In this document: positions 27,620-40,698 of the stretch, piece by piece
Layout of the letters: every line of letters starts with the position of its first letter
Position numbering within the stretch: the stretch's first letter is position 1
Source of the DNA: Eledone cirrhosa
Taxonomy: Eukaryota
DNA length: 64,000 nucleotides
Reading direction: 5' to 3'
Assembly: GCA_964016885.1 (NCBI GenBank)
Contig: OZ024741.1
Location: 1,116,001 to 1,180,000 of the forward strand
Program-made: the position numbers and the translations under genes
Notes under the pieces: model-generated
What the model was told of the DNA's origin: nothing
Database searches by the model: none
The model's input: only the letters and a program-made list of their open reading frames with translations

Positions 27620-27972
27620 TCTTTCCTTCCTTCTCTCTCTCCCTCTCACTCCCTCTCTTTCTTCCTGTCTCTCCCTCTCTTTCTTCCTGTCTCTCCCTCT
27701 CTTTCTCCCTCTCACTCCCTCTTTTTCCGGATCTCACTCTCTCTCTTTCTCTCTCTCACTCCCTCTCTTTCTCCCTCTCACTCCCTCTCTTTCTTCCTGT
27801 CTCTCCCTCTCTTTCTTCCTGTCTCTCCCTCTCTTTCTCCCTCTCACTCTCTCTCTCTTTCTCCCTCTCATTCTCTCTCTCTTTCTCCATCTCCCCCCTC
27901 TCTCTCTCCATCTCTCTCTCTCTCTCACTCCCTCTTTTTCTCCCTCTCTTTCTCTCTCTCACTCCCCTCTTC
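27620..27972. repeat. Polypyrimidine (CT-rich) compound repeat
   Basis: Degenerate CT/CCT/CTT units with internally repeated blocks. Confidence 0.9.
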
Positions 27973-28150
27973 TGTATAAACATGCTACTGAATCATTAAT
28001 GTTTAGAAACACTGGGTGTTCTGCTAATAGTTAGACATTATAATTAAAGCACATTATCTACACGTCATTATTAACCTTTGCCGACTGTTTGTCTTTTGCC
28101 CAGACAACACAGACAAATCCATGTTTAGAAAACATCCTCCTTCTCCCACT

Positions 28151-28318
28151 GAGAGTCGGACGGCATGCTTTCCAGCATATAGTTACGTCCCTTTATGGTC
28201 TGTGTTCAAATCCCGCCGAGGTTAACTTTGCCTGTCATCCTTACGGGGTCGATAAAATAAAGTACCAGTAATAAACTAGAATAATTGCTGGCCTTGTGCC
28301 AATAGTAGAAACAATTAC
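28151..28318 (+). mobile_element. tRNA-derived SINE, family A, copy 2 (5' end eroded)
   Basis: GTTCAAATCCCGCCGAGGTTAACTTTGCC...GGGGTCGATAAAATAAAGTACC...GGCCTTGTGCCAA. Confidence 0.85.
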
Positions 28319-28321
28319 CTC

Positions 28322-28377
<56 letters not shown>

Positions 28378-28434
28378 TTATTTAGGTCTGTTGGTTCACC
28401 ACTGGTTTTTATATATTCCTTTGTTACATTTCGA

Positions 28435-28492
28435 ATACCTGATGATATCACCGGATTCATACGGAACCCGGTCATTGAAATGATCATAGTAT
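28435..28492 (+). ncRNA. Type I hammerhead ribozyme motif (minimal, palindromic stem III)
   Basis: ATAC-CTGATGA-[stem II ACCGG/CCGGT]-GAAA-TGATCA-TA-GTAT. Confidence 0.75.
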
Positions 28493-28849
28493 AATAAACT
28501 TTTCAAGGATTTACACCAGCTCAGCCTCCTGTTATTTTATTTATAATTATATATATATATCATAAAACATATCTATAGAATCACCAGATAAAATATATAC
28601 CATTTCCTCTCCCAATTAGCATAATCAACTATATAAAAAATCGAATAGACCAGGCTACAAGAATAAGGCTTCTATGAAGAAATCCCCAACAAATAACCGA
28701 AACTAGCCCTTCGCGTCAGCTGTGACGGAATATTTATCGAATATTTCGACAGCGTAATCGCCTAGATATACAGTTAATTAAACAGAATTAGGTGTAAAAT
28801 AAACTAGGAGAAAAGAGAATACATTTATTTACCTCTACCATGGTTTCAT

Positions 28850-28887
<38 letters not shown>

Positions 28888-28933
28888 GCATATATATATA
28901 TATATATATATATTCGTCCGTATATATATATAT

Positions 28934-29095
28934 ATAGGAACGAGTAGGACCCCGACGGCTGAGCTCAAGCCGTTTCGAAACGGCTTGAGCTCAGCCGTCG
29001 GGGTCCTACTCGTTCCTATTACCCGCTCTACTACCCTAAGTATTGAGTACTTTGGTGCGTTATGGTCCACCTGGTTCCTTACCACATTTCCTTCG

Positions 29096-29099
<4 letters not shown>
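28934..29099 (+). mobile_element. Palindrome-headed cassette, copy A (86 bp perfect palindrome plus ~80 bp tail), inside (TA)n
   Basis: Perfect spacer-less inverted repeat at 28934-29019; tail homologous to 56645-56727 and 58499-58580. Confidence 0.85.
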
Positions 29100-29159
<60 letters not shown>

Positions 29160-29161
<2 letters not shown>

Positions 29162-31162
29162 CTGGACGAATTCTGTGAACACATCACAAACTTCCCTTAC
29201 CAACACTTGCACAGACAAAAACACAAGCCAAACCTCAACAAGAAAGAATGGGAAGAATTAAATAGATTAAAAACCGACAGAACCATTACAATTAAAGAGG
29301 CTGATAAAGGGAGTACAGTAGTCCTAATAGAGACAGAATTCTATATCAACTTAGCGCTCTCCACTTTGGAAAACGAAACATACTACGAAAAGGCTGAACA
29401 CTACAATCAACAGAAAGTTATGAGAAACCTAAAAACTCTAATCAACCAATACAAAGAAGGACTCACTAACAAGGAATTCAGCTTCATCACAGACTTCACA
29501 AGTAAATCCAGCCTTTTCTACGGTATCCCTAAAGTACATAAAAGCGAATTAATAAGTAAGGCATGCAAGGAAGCCACAGACATAGTCATCAATGTCCCCT
29601 CACCCAATGATCTCAAATTAAGACTTATAATAGCAGGCCCCGCTTGCGAAACCCACCGCCTTAGCAACTTCATTGATACCCTTCTCAAGCCCTTTCTCAA
29701 ACACATCAAAAGCTATATAAGGGACGACCTAGATATGCTCAATCACCTCCCTAATATGCCACTTTCTGAACAAACCCTACTAGTCACGTTCGATGTAGTC
29801 AACCTATACTCCAACATCCCCCACAACCTAGGAATAGAAGCTATCCAATTCTGGCTGGATAATTACCACAATGAACTCCCACAACGCATCAAAAAAGAAT
29901 TCGTGATAGAGGGACTCAAATTTATCTTGGAGAACAATTACTTCGTTTTCAACAACAAACTCTACAGGCAGAAATCTGGGACCGCTATGGGAACGAAAAC
30001 AGCCCCCACTTATGCCAACCTAGTCATGGGATACCTGGAAATCACCCTCTACACTAAAGTCCTAAACGAATTTGGAAACACTCTCCACTTACACATTGAA
30101 AGGAACTGGAAGCGATATCTAGATGACTGCTTCATCCTTTGGCACGAAAACATCGAAAAACTTAAAGAATTTCACACCCTTATAAATGGGCTCAACACGA
30201 ATATTAACTTCACGATGGAATATAGCCATCAACAACTCCCCTTCCTCGACATCCTCATTAAGATCCATAACAAAAAAATAGAAACAGACATATACTACAA
30301 GCCCACAGACTCCAAGCAATATCTTCCTTTCAACTCTTGCCACCCTAGACACGTTAAAATTAATATTCCCTACAACTTAGCCAAGAGAATCTGTACTATA
30401 GTCTCCAATAAAAACACCTGCTACCTACGGCTACAAGAACTAAAGGACACACTCATAGGCAGGGACTACCCTGCATCACTAATTGACAATGGAATCCAAC
30501 GTGCCCTAAAACTCAGTACCCAGGACCTTAGATACCCTAAAGTAAATCAATCGAAACTAAAAGCTCTTCCATACATCTCCACACACAACCCCCTCAACAA
30601 TGAGGCCTTTGACACCATCCTCCAGAACATCCCTGTGTTGAAAAAGGACCATAGAATGAACCAAATCCTACGAACACACGATATCATAAAGAGCAAAAGA
30701 CAATCCAAGTCAATGAAAAACATCCTAACACATGCCAAAGTACTGCCAACCACAGTAAAAAAATGCGATAGACCCAACTGTGGCATTTGCATCAACCTAA
30801 TAGAGGGTTCGGAATTCTATTTCAAAGAAGGACAACGTTTTATAGTAAAACACAATTTCACATGTGCATCGGAAAATCTAATATATGTATTAACTTGCTC
30901 AGGTTGTCGAGAACAATACATAGGCCAGACCAAAAACAGCCTCCGCCAACGCATGACTGTCCGTAGATCCCAAATTAAAATACGGGAATACAGGAAAATA
31001 CTACTGAGTGAACACATTGATATTTGTGCCGCCCAAAATCATCCCAACTTCAGAATCTTTCCCCTCTACAAATTTAAAGATAATGCCACCCACACCCAGC
31101 GCATCAGCAAGGAATCTCACTTTATTAACAAATACGGACCCCGTCTAAACACTTCTCCCTAA
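29160..31162 (+). CDS. Penelope-like element (Neptune-type) RT + GIY-YIG endonuclease ORF, 5'-truncated
   Basis: IKEADKGS.VV, FYGIPKVHK, TFDVVNLYSNIP, Q..GTAMGT..AP.YANL, RYLDD, LPFLD, IYYKPTD, S.HP; Cys linker CDRPNCGIC; LIYVLTC..C..QYIGQT. The ORF-track start at 28985 is read-through across (TA)n. Confidence 0.93.
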
Positions 31163-31280
31163 GACGAACCCACAACATACACAGGTCAACATACATACCT
31201 ACATCAGCACACATCTCTACCCACATATAAACACAATGACATACGTAAACACACATGCTCTATGGTGCAACACAAAAAAA

Positions 31281-31314
<34 letters not shown>

Positions 31315-31545
31315 GTGAATATATGTATATATATATAGTGAATATCATTTCACACCTTTTATTGTTAAGATTTTTGATGTTCTATTAAGAGAACCGATTT
31401 TACTGAAAATATCGAATAATGTACACCATTTTACGAGGAAAAAAAAAAAAAAAAAAATACTGCCCCCCCCCCCCATTCTCTCACACACACACATATATAT
31501 ACACACACACACATACACACGCGTACATTAACATACAAAGAGACT

Positions 31546-31588
<43 letters not shown>

Positions 31589-31696
31589 TTCTCCTTATAA
31601 GACAAAAGCTGAAAAATATCTTTTGACATGCTAAAATACCCCCCACTGCTTACAAACACATTCCTACTGACCATCCCGCTACCACGAATTACTCTG

Positions 31697-31754
<58 letters not shown>

Positions 31755-32232
31755 ATCTTAATAGCCATTTGAACTGTCAACAGGCTGCGGTTCGCACACA
31801 CATCCCTGCTAACCATTATCACAACATCGAACACTTTACTACTACTACACACACACACACACACGCACATATTTGTTGTGAGTCATTTCTCAGTCTTGGC
31901 GCAAAATCAATTTTTTACATTCACATGACCTCTACCGACCAATCAAAATTGTTTTGACCACAAGAATTTTTGCAACACCAAGTAGCGCTGGAGCCACTTT
32001 TTTAACATAAAAACAGGTAGAATTCCCAAAACTAATCAGATCAGAGCAAACAACACGGACGCTCTATCTCAGAATTATTTTTGAAAAGCATTTAGAAATG
32101 CGCAACCGGTAAAAACTTAAAAACTTAAAACCACACCTGAATACTAACCCATACAATTACTAATACTCTTTTATTCCTAATTAAACTATTTTTCAACTGT
32201 GAACAATTTGTCAGCATTTTCTATTCCGTTTA

Positions 32233-32296
<64 letters not shown>

Positions 32297-32339
32297 TTCA
32301 AAATATTAACAAAAATAGACATTCGTGTGATCAAGTATA

Positions 32340-32402
32340 TTTTATTATACATATTTCAGAGGTACTGAGCTATCTTCAACAGTACGTCCTCATCAGATAA
32401 AA
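32340..32402 (-). ncRNA. Type I hammerhead ribozyme motif
   Basis: Reverse complement: TTTTAT-CTGATGA-[GTACTG/CAGTAC stem II]-GAAA-TATGTA-TA-ATAAAA. Confidence 0.75.
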
Positions 32403-33229
32403 TAAGATGATGCATGACATACCCTAAGTAGATGGTTAAAATTCAGTTATGGCAGTCACTTTATTCTTTGATTTATTCATTGAACCTTGTTTAACCTTTA
32501 AATATATATATATTGACTAAAGAAATTTTAGCCTGATAATGGGGTTTAGAACCCTCAGAGAAATGGAAAAAGATGAGTATTGACCTACATGTACGTCAAT
32601 ACTCATCTTTTTCATAAATTTCTTTAGTAAAAGAAATACGGTGAAAGCTTCTATTTTCTAATTTCAAACTTGCTCGGTGTTTCAAAACATACTTACTTGA
32701 TATATATACATAATATATATATAATATATAGCTATTGAATGGCTATGATCTCATCAGGCAGTTAGTCAGTTCTTAGATATGCCAGCTCTGTGTTTATAGT
32801 GTTGGTGGTATCAGAGCCTTGGGACATATGAGCTTGTTAGGAATAATTTAATGTTGTCAGCAGGAATAGTCTTAATTCTCATTGGTCAGTTTGTAGATGC
32901 TAGTAGGGTTGGTATTTGACCTCAAAGAGGCAGGTGGTGTTGTAAAGTTCAAACCGTCAGGCAAGATGACAATAGTTCCATATGACTGATTTTCAGAAAA
33001 AGCATTCCTGGTCAGATATATATTCAATTGAGGTTTATAGTATGAAATTCGATACTACAGGTCATTCTTAAATACTACAGGTCACACGTAAATAAATAAA
33101 CTTTGAAATCACCACGTTGATGCAAAACTTGGTTTTTCACTTTGGGATAATACACGTATTTGCAACTTGAAAAATGAATCTACATTACACCCCAGCGTAA
33201 ATGGAATTAATCATCGCGACATTTCCGTC

Positions 33230-33525
33230 GCTACCGCTACTACAGCAGATACCATTAATAGGTTGAAAAAACATGGACTTCTGAATACTGTAGAAGCGCC
33301 AGAGATCAGAAATTATAGTTGTACCGGGCAATATACGATCCTGTATAATGGCTAAAAGCGTGTCTGCTGTCCGGTCTTCCACTGCCACTAAAAAACACCT
33401 TCTGGTATCTCTCTCCAAAGCACCAAAGACCCACTGTGTTTTAACCAGATGGCCAACATTGCATTTCCTTCTCACGAAGGCGCTTTCGTCAATCTCGATA
33501 ATTCAGTTTGGCCCGTCAAGCTTAA
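33230..33525 (-). pseudogene. Merlin (IS1016/IS1595-like) DDE transposase fragment
   Basis: [13 protein letters not shown]....QWVFGALER......LVAVEDR.A.TL..II...I.PGTTIISD.W motif string; in-frame stop just upstream. Confidence 0.85.
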
Positions 33526-33549
33526 TGTTTTGTGCCACATAGTATTCTG

Positions 33550-33625
<76 letters not shown>

Positions 33626-34069
33626 CATATATGTATATATGTATATATATACATACATACACACACACATATATATATATATATATATTAGTTTATGTAC
33701 CTCTTATCTGTATATCTCCAAATGTGAACATCACCGACAACTGACAGCCCACCTATGGCACTGCCTCAGTCATTTCACCATCAACAGAACATGTTGTCCT
33801 TTCGAAAAAGTAAACAATAACAATAACAAAAAACTGCAGGGGTAAAAAAAAAACAACAACAACAATAAAAAAAACAAGGAAAGATAGTTCTAACCCTTTT
33901 AACTGCTGTCGTTTGACCAGTTAACATTTTACTGACCACTACTGCAGGCCCAACGGTCTTTTAACAACTTATGTAGAAGTTACAATAGAAAAGAAGAGTA
34001 TGTGGTGAAGTTTAGAGTGTTGAAACCATCATTGCGACATTAAGACGGCTTTTCTCCTTATAATAAAAT

Positions 34070-34165
34070 ATACCGTTTTTCACCTTCTATAAGGTACACT
34101 TTTAAAAGCAAACTTGCCACCCCACCCTCCTATAAAAACAATTGGCGTGTGTCTTATGAATTACA
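34070..34165. mobile_element. Possible pogo/Tc2-like MITE end
   Basis: TA-CCGTTTTT...CTATAAGGTACAC...GCGTGTGTCTTAT resembles CCGT...TATAAG TIRs; degraded. Confidence 0.3.
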
Positions 34166-34475
34166 AGATCAGTGTTTCGGTTTCTGGCATGTGGTGGTGC
34201 AAGACAAGTTCGGCAAAATTGAAGTGGGACTAATAAGCTAACAGGCCATATGAACCTAGCTCATAAGGTATCGGGCTGGGCCTCAAAATCAGAAGGAGGT
34301 GCCCGTGAATAAACTGACGCCCTCTTCTTCCCTAATGAAACAAACCCCTTACAATGTATCATTTTGCAGAGCTTGGCAAACATATATATCTTCAGATAAT
34401 TCTTTCATTTACCTGCGGCTGTCTACGTTTCCCTCCAAACCGAAAGGATCAATCAACCTCCTTAAAAGGTGATAA

Positions 34476-34557
34476 TAATTGTTTCTACTTTTGGCACAAG
34501 GCCAGCAATTACTCCAGTGTATTACTGGTATTTTATTTTATCGACTCCTTAAGGATG
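34476..34557 (-). mobile_element. SINE family A, 3' fragment
   Basis: AATTGTTTCTACTTTTGGCACAAGGCCAGCAATT...TTTTATCGAC matches the other copies. Confidence 0.8.
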
Positions 34558-35269
34558 TTTTCGACTCCTTATGTTTTCGAGCCGTAAACACTTTTATATA
34601 TTCCTCTATGCACAGAAAATGATAAGATACTACCTTGATGAATTTCAAATATTACTGTGACCTCATTGGTAAATAACTACCCATATGCTTTTGTGTAAGG
34701 AGGGTATTACTGTATATATATATATACATATATATATATTAGAAAGTGAGGTTTTTTTACAAAATGAAAAATAACCGAGGTGTCCTACACGAGTGAAAGT
34801 ATAAAGAAAAAAAGATGAAATCGAAATGCAACTGGTGTCTTATTCTTAAAAAAATATATATATTTATTTGGTTCCTTTACCGGTTTCGCAGTTCTTCTGC
34901 TTTTCAAAAGTAGAGTTGATATGGAGGGTCTGTGGTTTTTCTCACATCTGTGAGAAAACCACAGATGTTTATCCCCCCTTTCTGAAACAGTACAGAGAAG
35001 TACGGAATACCACGGCCTGGGTATGGTATCAACATTTTGTGCTTATAAAAAAATTCGTCGTAGATTACCAGGGGTTTAACTTAATTGGGTGCCTGAGAGT
35101 AAACTGTTCAACCCACGAAAGCCAAGACGATAGGCTTAAGTAAAAAGGCATTCGACAAACCGAACATGTATTTGTTGTGCTATGGTACAATGAAAGCAAT
35201 AGTTACAGAGCAGTAAGCATGTGGGACTGCAGTGGTGGAGAGCATGAAGGAATTTAGTTGGATACTGTT

Positions 35270-35757
35270 AGGGTTACAAGCCCTAACGCAACCAAAATAC
35301 TAAACAATGCGGTCCCCCGTGCAAAAATTTGAAATCTTTTTCAGTCAAGAAAATTTGTGAAACATAAGTAATGCATATGCAAAGTTTAAAAAAAAATCCG
35401 TTGGGTAGTTCTCGAGTTACAGGACCTAACGCAATCAAAATGCTTTTAAAAATCGGTTTTTTACCTAATGCGGTCCCTGGGGCAAAAAATGAGAAACTCT
35501 TTTTTGCTCAAAACACTTTAAACGACATAAGTAATGCAAACTTTGAAGAAATCGCCTGGATTATTGTTCCGTTATGCCTCAAAAAAGCCTTTAAAGCCTA
35601 AAATATGCGGTTTTTCGCCTAATGCATAGACAATTTGTTCAAAACACTCACACAACCATAAGTATTACATGTGTAAAGTTTGAAAAAAATCGGTTGGGTG
35701 GTTCTCGAGTTTTAGGGAGACAGACAGACAGACTTTCTCTGTCTTAGATATATAGAT
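35270..35757 (-). mobile_element. Helitron-type non-autonomous element, 5' portion
   Basis: Reverse complement starts A|TCTATATA...(GTCT)n...ACCCAACCGATTTTTTTCAAACTTTACACATG; internally repeated AAGTAAT...AAAGTTT modules; homologous to 38940-39095 and 55000-55620. Confidence 0.65.
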
Positions 35758-35882
35758 TATGAGTTGGTAGATCTAGTAATTTCTTTAACTTCGGTGGGAA
35801 GAATTTTAAAGATTCCTGGTTAACTTTGTTGGAGAACTTTCTCGCATTCGTCGGTGGCGATTATCAAACTGAGATCAGGGAA

Positions 35883-35913
<31 letters not shown>

Positions 35914-35922
35914 TTCTCTGTT

Positions 35923-36118
<196 letters not shown>

Positions 36119-36149
36119 CAACTATACTAACTCTATTAAACATAATAAC

Positions 36150-36841
36150 AGGAAAAGAAAAATAATCTGGTTCACACCCCCCTACTCTCTAGCAGTTAAA
36201 ACTGATGTAGGCAAAAAATTCCTAGAGCTCTTAGATAAACATTTCCCTAGAACACATAGATACTATAAGATCTTTAACAGAAACTGTGTCAAAATTAGCT
36301 ACTCCTGCGGTCCCCCTATTAAATCTGATATAATCAACAAAAATCACCTAGAGAACATCAAAATTGCTCCTGTAGAATCAAAAGTGAATGCCCATTACAA
36401 GGTAAATGCAACATCAAAGCCATTGTATATGCGGCTAAAGTGACAACCATCAGCAACAACCAACCAGCCACCAGTGAACCATATGTGGGTATGACGCAAG
36501 ACAAATTCAAAACGCGTTATTACTCACATGTCGCATCCTTTCGACATCCAGAAAAAAGATTTACAACAGGTCTGGCTAGCAGAATATGGGATTTGAAAGA
36601 CCAAGGTATCCAATATAAATTGGATTGGTCAATTTTGAACCAATCTAAAGAATATGCAAGAGGAACAAGAAAATGCACGCTCTGCATAAATGAAAAATAT
36701 TGGATTTTGCAAAACCTTAAATCGCCAAAGACCTGCCTAAACACAAAGACAGAAATTTTCACCAGTTGCCCACACATGAAATCACACCTGCTTTCCAGCT
36801 CATATAAACTTAACACACTTTCAGATACTTATCCTCCATAA
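36150..36841 (+). pseudogene. Penelope-like element (Naiad-type) C-terminal GIY-YIG fragment
   Basis: IIWFTPPYS...FL.LLDKHFP..H.YYKIFNRN.VKISYSC; CSCRIKSECPLQGKC (CxCx5Cx5C); IVY...YVGMT..FKTRY..H; C.LC..EK; frameshift near 36360. Confidence 0.85.
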
Positions 36842-36887
36842 GCTCTTATTCTTCACTCAAATTATTCTCTTTAAGACTACCTTTTCT

Positions 36888-37033
36888 GATTTATTTTTAT
36901 TTTTATTTTTATTTTTATTTTTATTTTTATTTTTATTTTTATTTTTATTTTTATTTTTATTTTTATTTTTATTTTTATTTTTATTTTTATTTTTATTTTT
37001 ATTTTTAATTTTATTTTTATTTTTATTTTTATT
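36888..37033. repeat. (TTTTTA)n hexamer microsatellite
   Basis: Direct inspection. Confidence 0.95.
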
Positions 37034-38241
37034 TCACATCCACCACTACCCCCCCCCCCCCACTTTACTCTCCGATTCACTTACCTAATATTTTCACTTT
37101 CCACCTTTTACTTCCCTATTTTCTTCACTACCTGATTAAACAGGTCACTTGCGTTTTCCACTCCAAATATTTTCTGTTATTTCGCAGCCAGTTTTATATA
37201 TTTTTATATTTTTATATTTGCACTCACTCATTCACAAGGCTGTTTTTACACCCTGTCTCTATGTGTTTGAGCGTCTTTACGTGTGTATACTTTCTGTATA
37301 TGTACACGAACGCCTCCGTATGTACGCGCGCGTGCGTGTATATATATATATATGTGTGTTTGTATGTGTGTTTTTATATCTGTGTCTTTACATCCATGTT
37401 TTTGTACATTCTTATTTTTATGTGTGTGCATGTGAGCGGGTCAACGTGCGTGAGTGTATGTATGTGTGTGTGTGTGAGTGTGTACGTACTGCATATATGG
37501 ATGTGTATGTGTGCGTGTGTATATATATATATATATTTGTGTGTGTGTAAGTGTTGTGTGCGTATACAGTCGCGTACGTGTGCGTATTAGATATACACGG
37601 GGCGATGTGTATGTATATATATATATGTGCATCCTGAGTGTGTATGTACGCTTGCATACGCTTTTGTCTGCACCTTTTGCGTGTATATATATATATTTTT
37701 ATAGATATATGTTTCTTTTAGATATATGTGTGTATGTACGTATGTACCTTGTTTGTTTTCTTTTCTTTACATTACAAATTTATTGTTCCATTTTTATAAT
37801 TATATCGAGAATGATACTTTCTTTTTACTATTACATTCCCTTACCTATTTTTCTTCCGCATATAAATGTACGCGCGTGCGTGTGTGTTTATACGCGTGCC
37901 TTCATATTCTTATAATGTATTTAACACCCTGTTTTCTCTGATTACCTGTCAACCAGACATTCATATCATGTGTGTGTCTATCGTTACATATACACAGATA
38001 TACTCGCCCTAATACATATATTTACGCACACATTTTCACTATACACACGCATTTGTACATACATATGTATATCTGTGAGTGTATATACATACATATACAC
38101 ACACCTAAATATATTTCTTAAAATATTTTTTTATATATTTTATATTTTATATGTCTATTGTATTACCTTCATCTATATATATATAATTTTCTTGCATTTC
38201 TTGAGGAGACTTTCAAAATATTTATCTATGTTTTATATTGC

Positions 38242-38309
38242 CTCGTCCGACGAACGAATGAAGATGTCTCTTTCGTATTCGTCTTATTCGGGAAACCTCT
38301 GGTAATGAG
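38242..38309 (+). ncRNA. Degenerate hammerhead motif (core CCGACGA), probably the 3' pLTR of the upstream Naiad fragment
   Basis: CTCGT-CCGACGA-[CGAATGAAGA/TCTTATTCG]-GAAA-CCTCTGG-TA-ATGAG; core U4 mutated. Confidence 0.5.
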
Positions 38310-38414
38310 ATAATTATTTTGTATTGATTTTTATACATTAAATTTTGCTCTGGTACTTACATAGAGCACTCTTCACTCCTATGATTTTTTCTATTTTCAG
38401 CGGAAACTTCAATA

Positions 38415-38503
<89 letters not shown>

Positions 38504-38590
38504 AGGAGGTGAGTTTTATTGTAGCACAATAAAGCAATGCAAATATCGGATAAGTAGCACTCTACAGTTTGTAGGACTGGAGTATAAATA

Positions 38591-38899
38591 ATATAAGATC
38601 AAAAGATGGTTAAAAGAGTTCCAAGTATTTTATTATGCGAATTTCAAAAACAAATATCATCATGAGATGATATCTGCGTTTTCATCAGATAAAATAGGGA
38701 TACATGATATGAAGGTTAAAAAACACTTGTGAATAGTGAATATGTTGATTTAAAACTTCACTATTCACAAGTGTTTTTTAACCTTCACATCATGTATCCC
38801 TATTTTATCTGATGAAAACGCAGATATCATCTCATGATGATATTTGTTTTTGAAATGCGCATAATAAAATACTTGGAACTCTTTTAACCATCTTTTGAT

Positions 38900-38906
<7 letters not shown>
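38591..38906. repeat. Fold-back inverted repeat (150 bp arms, 16 bp spacer) carrying two outward-facing hammerheads
   Basis: 38591-38740 is the reverse complement of 38757-38906, with about two mismatches. Confidence 0.93.
38801..38871 (+). ncRNA. Type I hammerhead ribozyme motif (mirror copy at 38626-38696 on the - strand)
   Basis: TATTTTAT-CTGATGA-[CAGATATCATC/GATGATATTTG]-GAAA-TGCGCA-TA-ATAAAATA. Confidence 0.82.
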
Positions 38907-38939
<33 letters not shown>

Positions 38940-38945
<6 letters not shown>

Positions 38946-39197
38946 AAACAGAGAAAGTCTGTCTGTCTGTCTCTCTAAAACTCGAGAACCACCCAATCGA
39001 TTTTTTTCAAACTTTACACATGTAATATTTATAGTCGTGTGAGTGTTTTGAGACAAAATATTTCAAATTTTCAATGCCCTAGGGACCGCATTAGATAGCT
39101 ATAACGTCGCGCCCTTATAATATCTGTCTGTATGTCTGTCTGTCTGCATTACGACATTATGACACTATCTGTGTGTATGTGTATATATGTATATATA

Positions 39198-39235
<38 letters not shown>

Positions 39236-39389
39236 TGTGTAACGTTTTTCGAAATATTTACTTCTGCGTTCACAGATTGTTTTATTAGGACTTCTGCATC
39301 AATTGGTGAACATAAGACGAAACTGTTTCAGAAAGGAGGGATTAAACATGCCAATCTAGAATCCCGAGCAACGCTGGGCCATTCTGCTA

Positions 39390-39390
<1 letters not shown>
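38940..39390 (+). mobile_element. Helitron-type non-autonomous element (composite)
   Basis: 5' part is the reverse complement of 35660-35745; 3' end has hairpin CCCGAGCAACGCTGGG followed by CTAG|T. Confidence 0.65.
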
Positions 39391-39442
<52 letters not shown>

Positions 39443-39884
39443 GTGTATATATAGTTCGCTTTTGAATCTGTTTTGCGAAATTTTATGATTTTATTCCTTT
39501 CGGCTGCGGATTCTGTAGCTCTCGCCCTTACTTCTGCATCCAGGATGTGAGAAGAAGCAAAAGAGTCACTGTGACGTCTCAGATAAGGCACCTGCCTCTT
39601 GACTAGGGACACAGGGTAAGACCATCAGGTCCATCAATTCTGGACAACCCAGACGGTTCTAAAATTGAGATGTTTGCGAGGGCCAAAGCTCTTAAGTGGT
39701 AATAGGACAGTGTGTGTATGTACGCGCGCGTGAGTTTATCGGTGCGCTTAAATTAGAGACGCATGTCTGTGTGTGTATGTGTATGTGTGTCAGCATTTTT
39801 ACATTAGAGACATATATGTGTGTATCCCCTTCCTTCGTTTTACACACATACATTCACACAAACACACTCACACATTGTGTGACG

Positions 39885-40557
39885 GACGGATGGACAGAAG
39901 TCCCTCAAATTTATATACATGTGAATGGAGTTCCACAGAAGGTGGTGGAGAAGTTCAAGTATCTCGGGGTTGTGTTCATGAGTGATGGAAGGCAGGAGGC
40001 TGAATTAAGTGCAAGAATTGAAAAAGCTGATGCAGTAATGCCTCAGCATTCAGTAATCAGAAGAAGGGGGTAGGTGTAAAAGCCAAACTTGCTGTCTTCC
40101 TGTTATTCCTGCTAACTCTTACCGAGGGTCATGAATTTTGGGTAATGACCGAAATAACAATTACAAATACAAGCGGCAGAAATGGGGTTCTTCCGAGGGG
40201 TCTTTGGAGTGACGTTACTCGATAAAGTGCATAGCTCAGAGATGAGAGAGCCACTCCAAGTAGAGACGCTACTTCTCCGAATTGAGAGATCACAACTCTG
40301 ATATTATGTGCATGTGGTTAGAATGTGTCAGGAAAGAATCGCTGGACAGATTTTACAGGCAAAACCAACCGGCAAGAGACCAAGAGGTAGACCCTGAGCA
40401 AGATAGCTGGATAACACCCATGAGCTTGGCTGGTCACGCTTTGGGATCCAGCTGGATCAGTTAGAGATGTTTGCTTCTGACAGACTAGCTGGAAGGAGTG
40501 TTTGAGAAGGACTCTGCCCCCACGACTCTCTCAGAAATAAGTGAGCGAAGAAGAGGA
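39885..40557 (+). mobile_element. RTE-clade (Expander/Rex3-like) LINE 3' fragment, degraded
   Basis: VEKFKYLGVVF.SDG, GHEFWVMT, IQAAEMGF.R...GVT..DK, RIERSQL, GKRPRGRP across stops and frameshifts; GAA-rich tail. Confidence 0.85.
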
Positions 40558-40698
40558 GATATTATCAATTTACTTTTCAATTTACATATCATATCTATCT
40601 GCATATATACTTGTCTATAATACCAATATGCACACTACTTATGCCAGCAGAAAACCGCTCGAAGAGCGGTTCTTCTACTAGTTATAATAATAATAATA

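Noticed and set aside
28985-29159. N-terminal extension of the 725 aa ORF
   Set aside because: Non-ATG start inside the palindrome cassette with read-through of (TA)n; not homologous to PLE protein.
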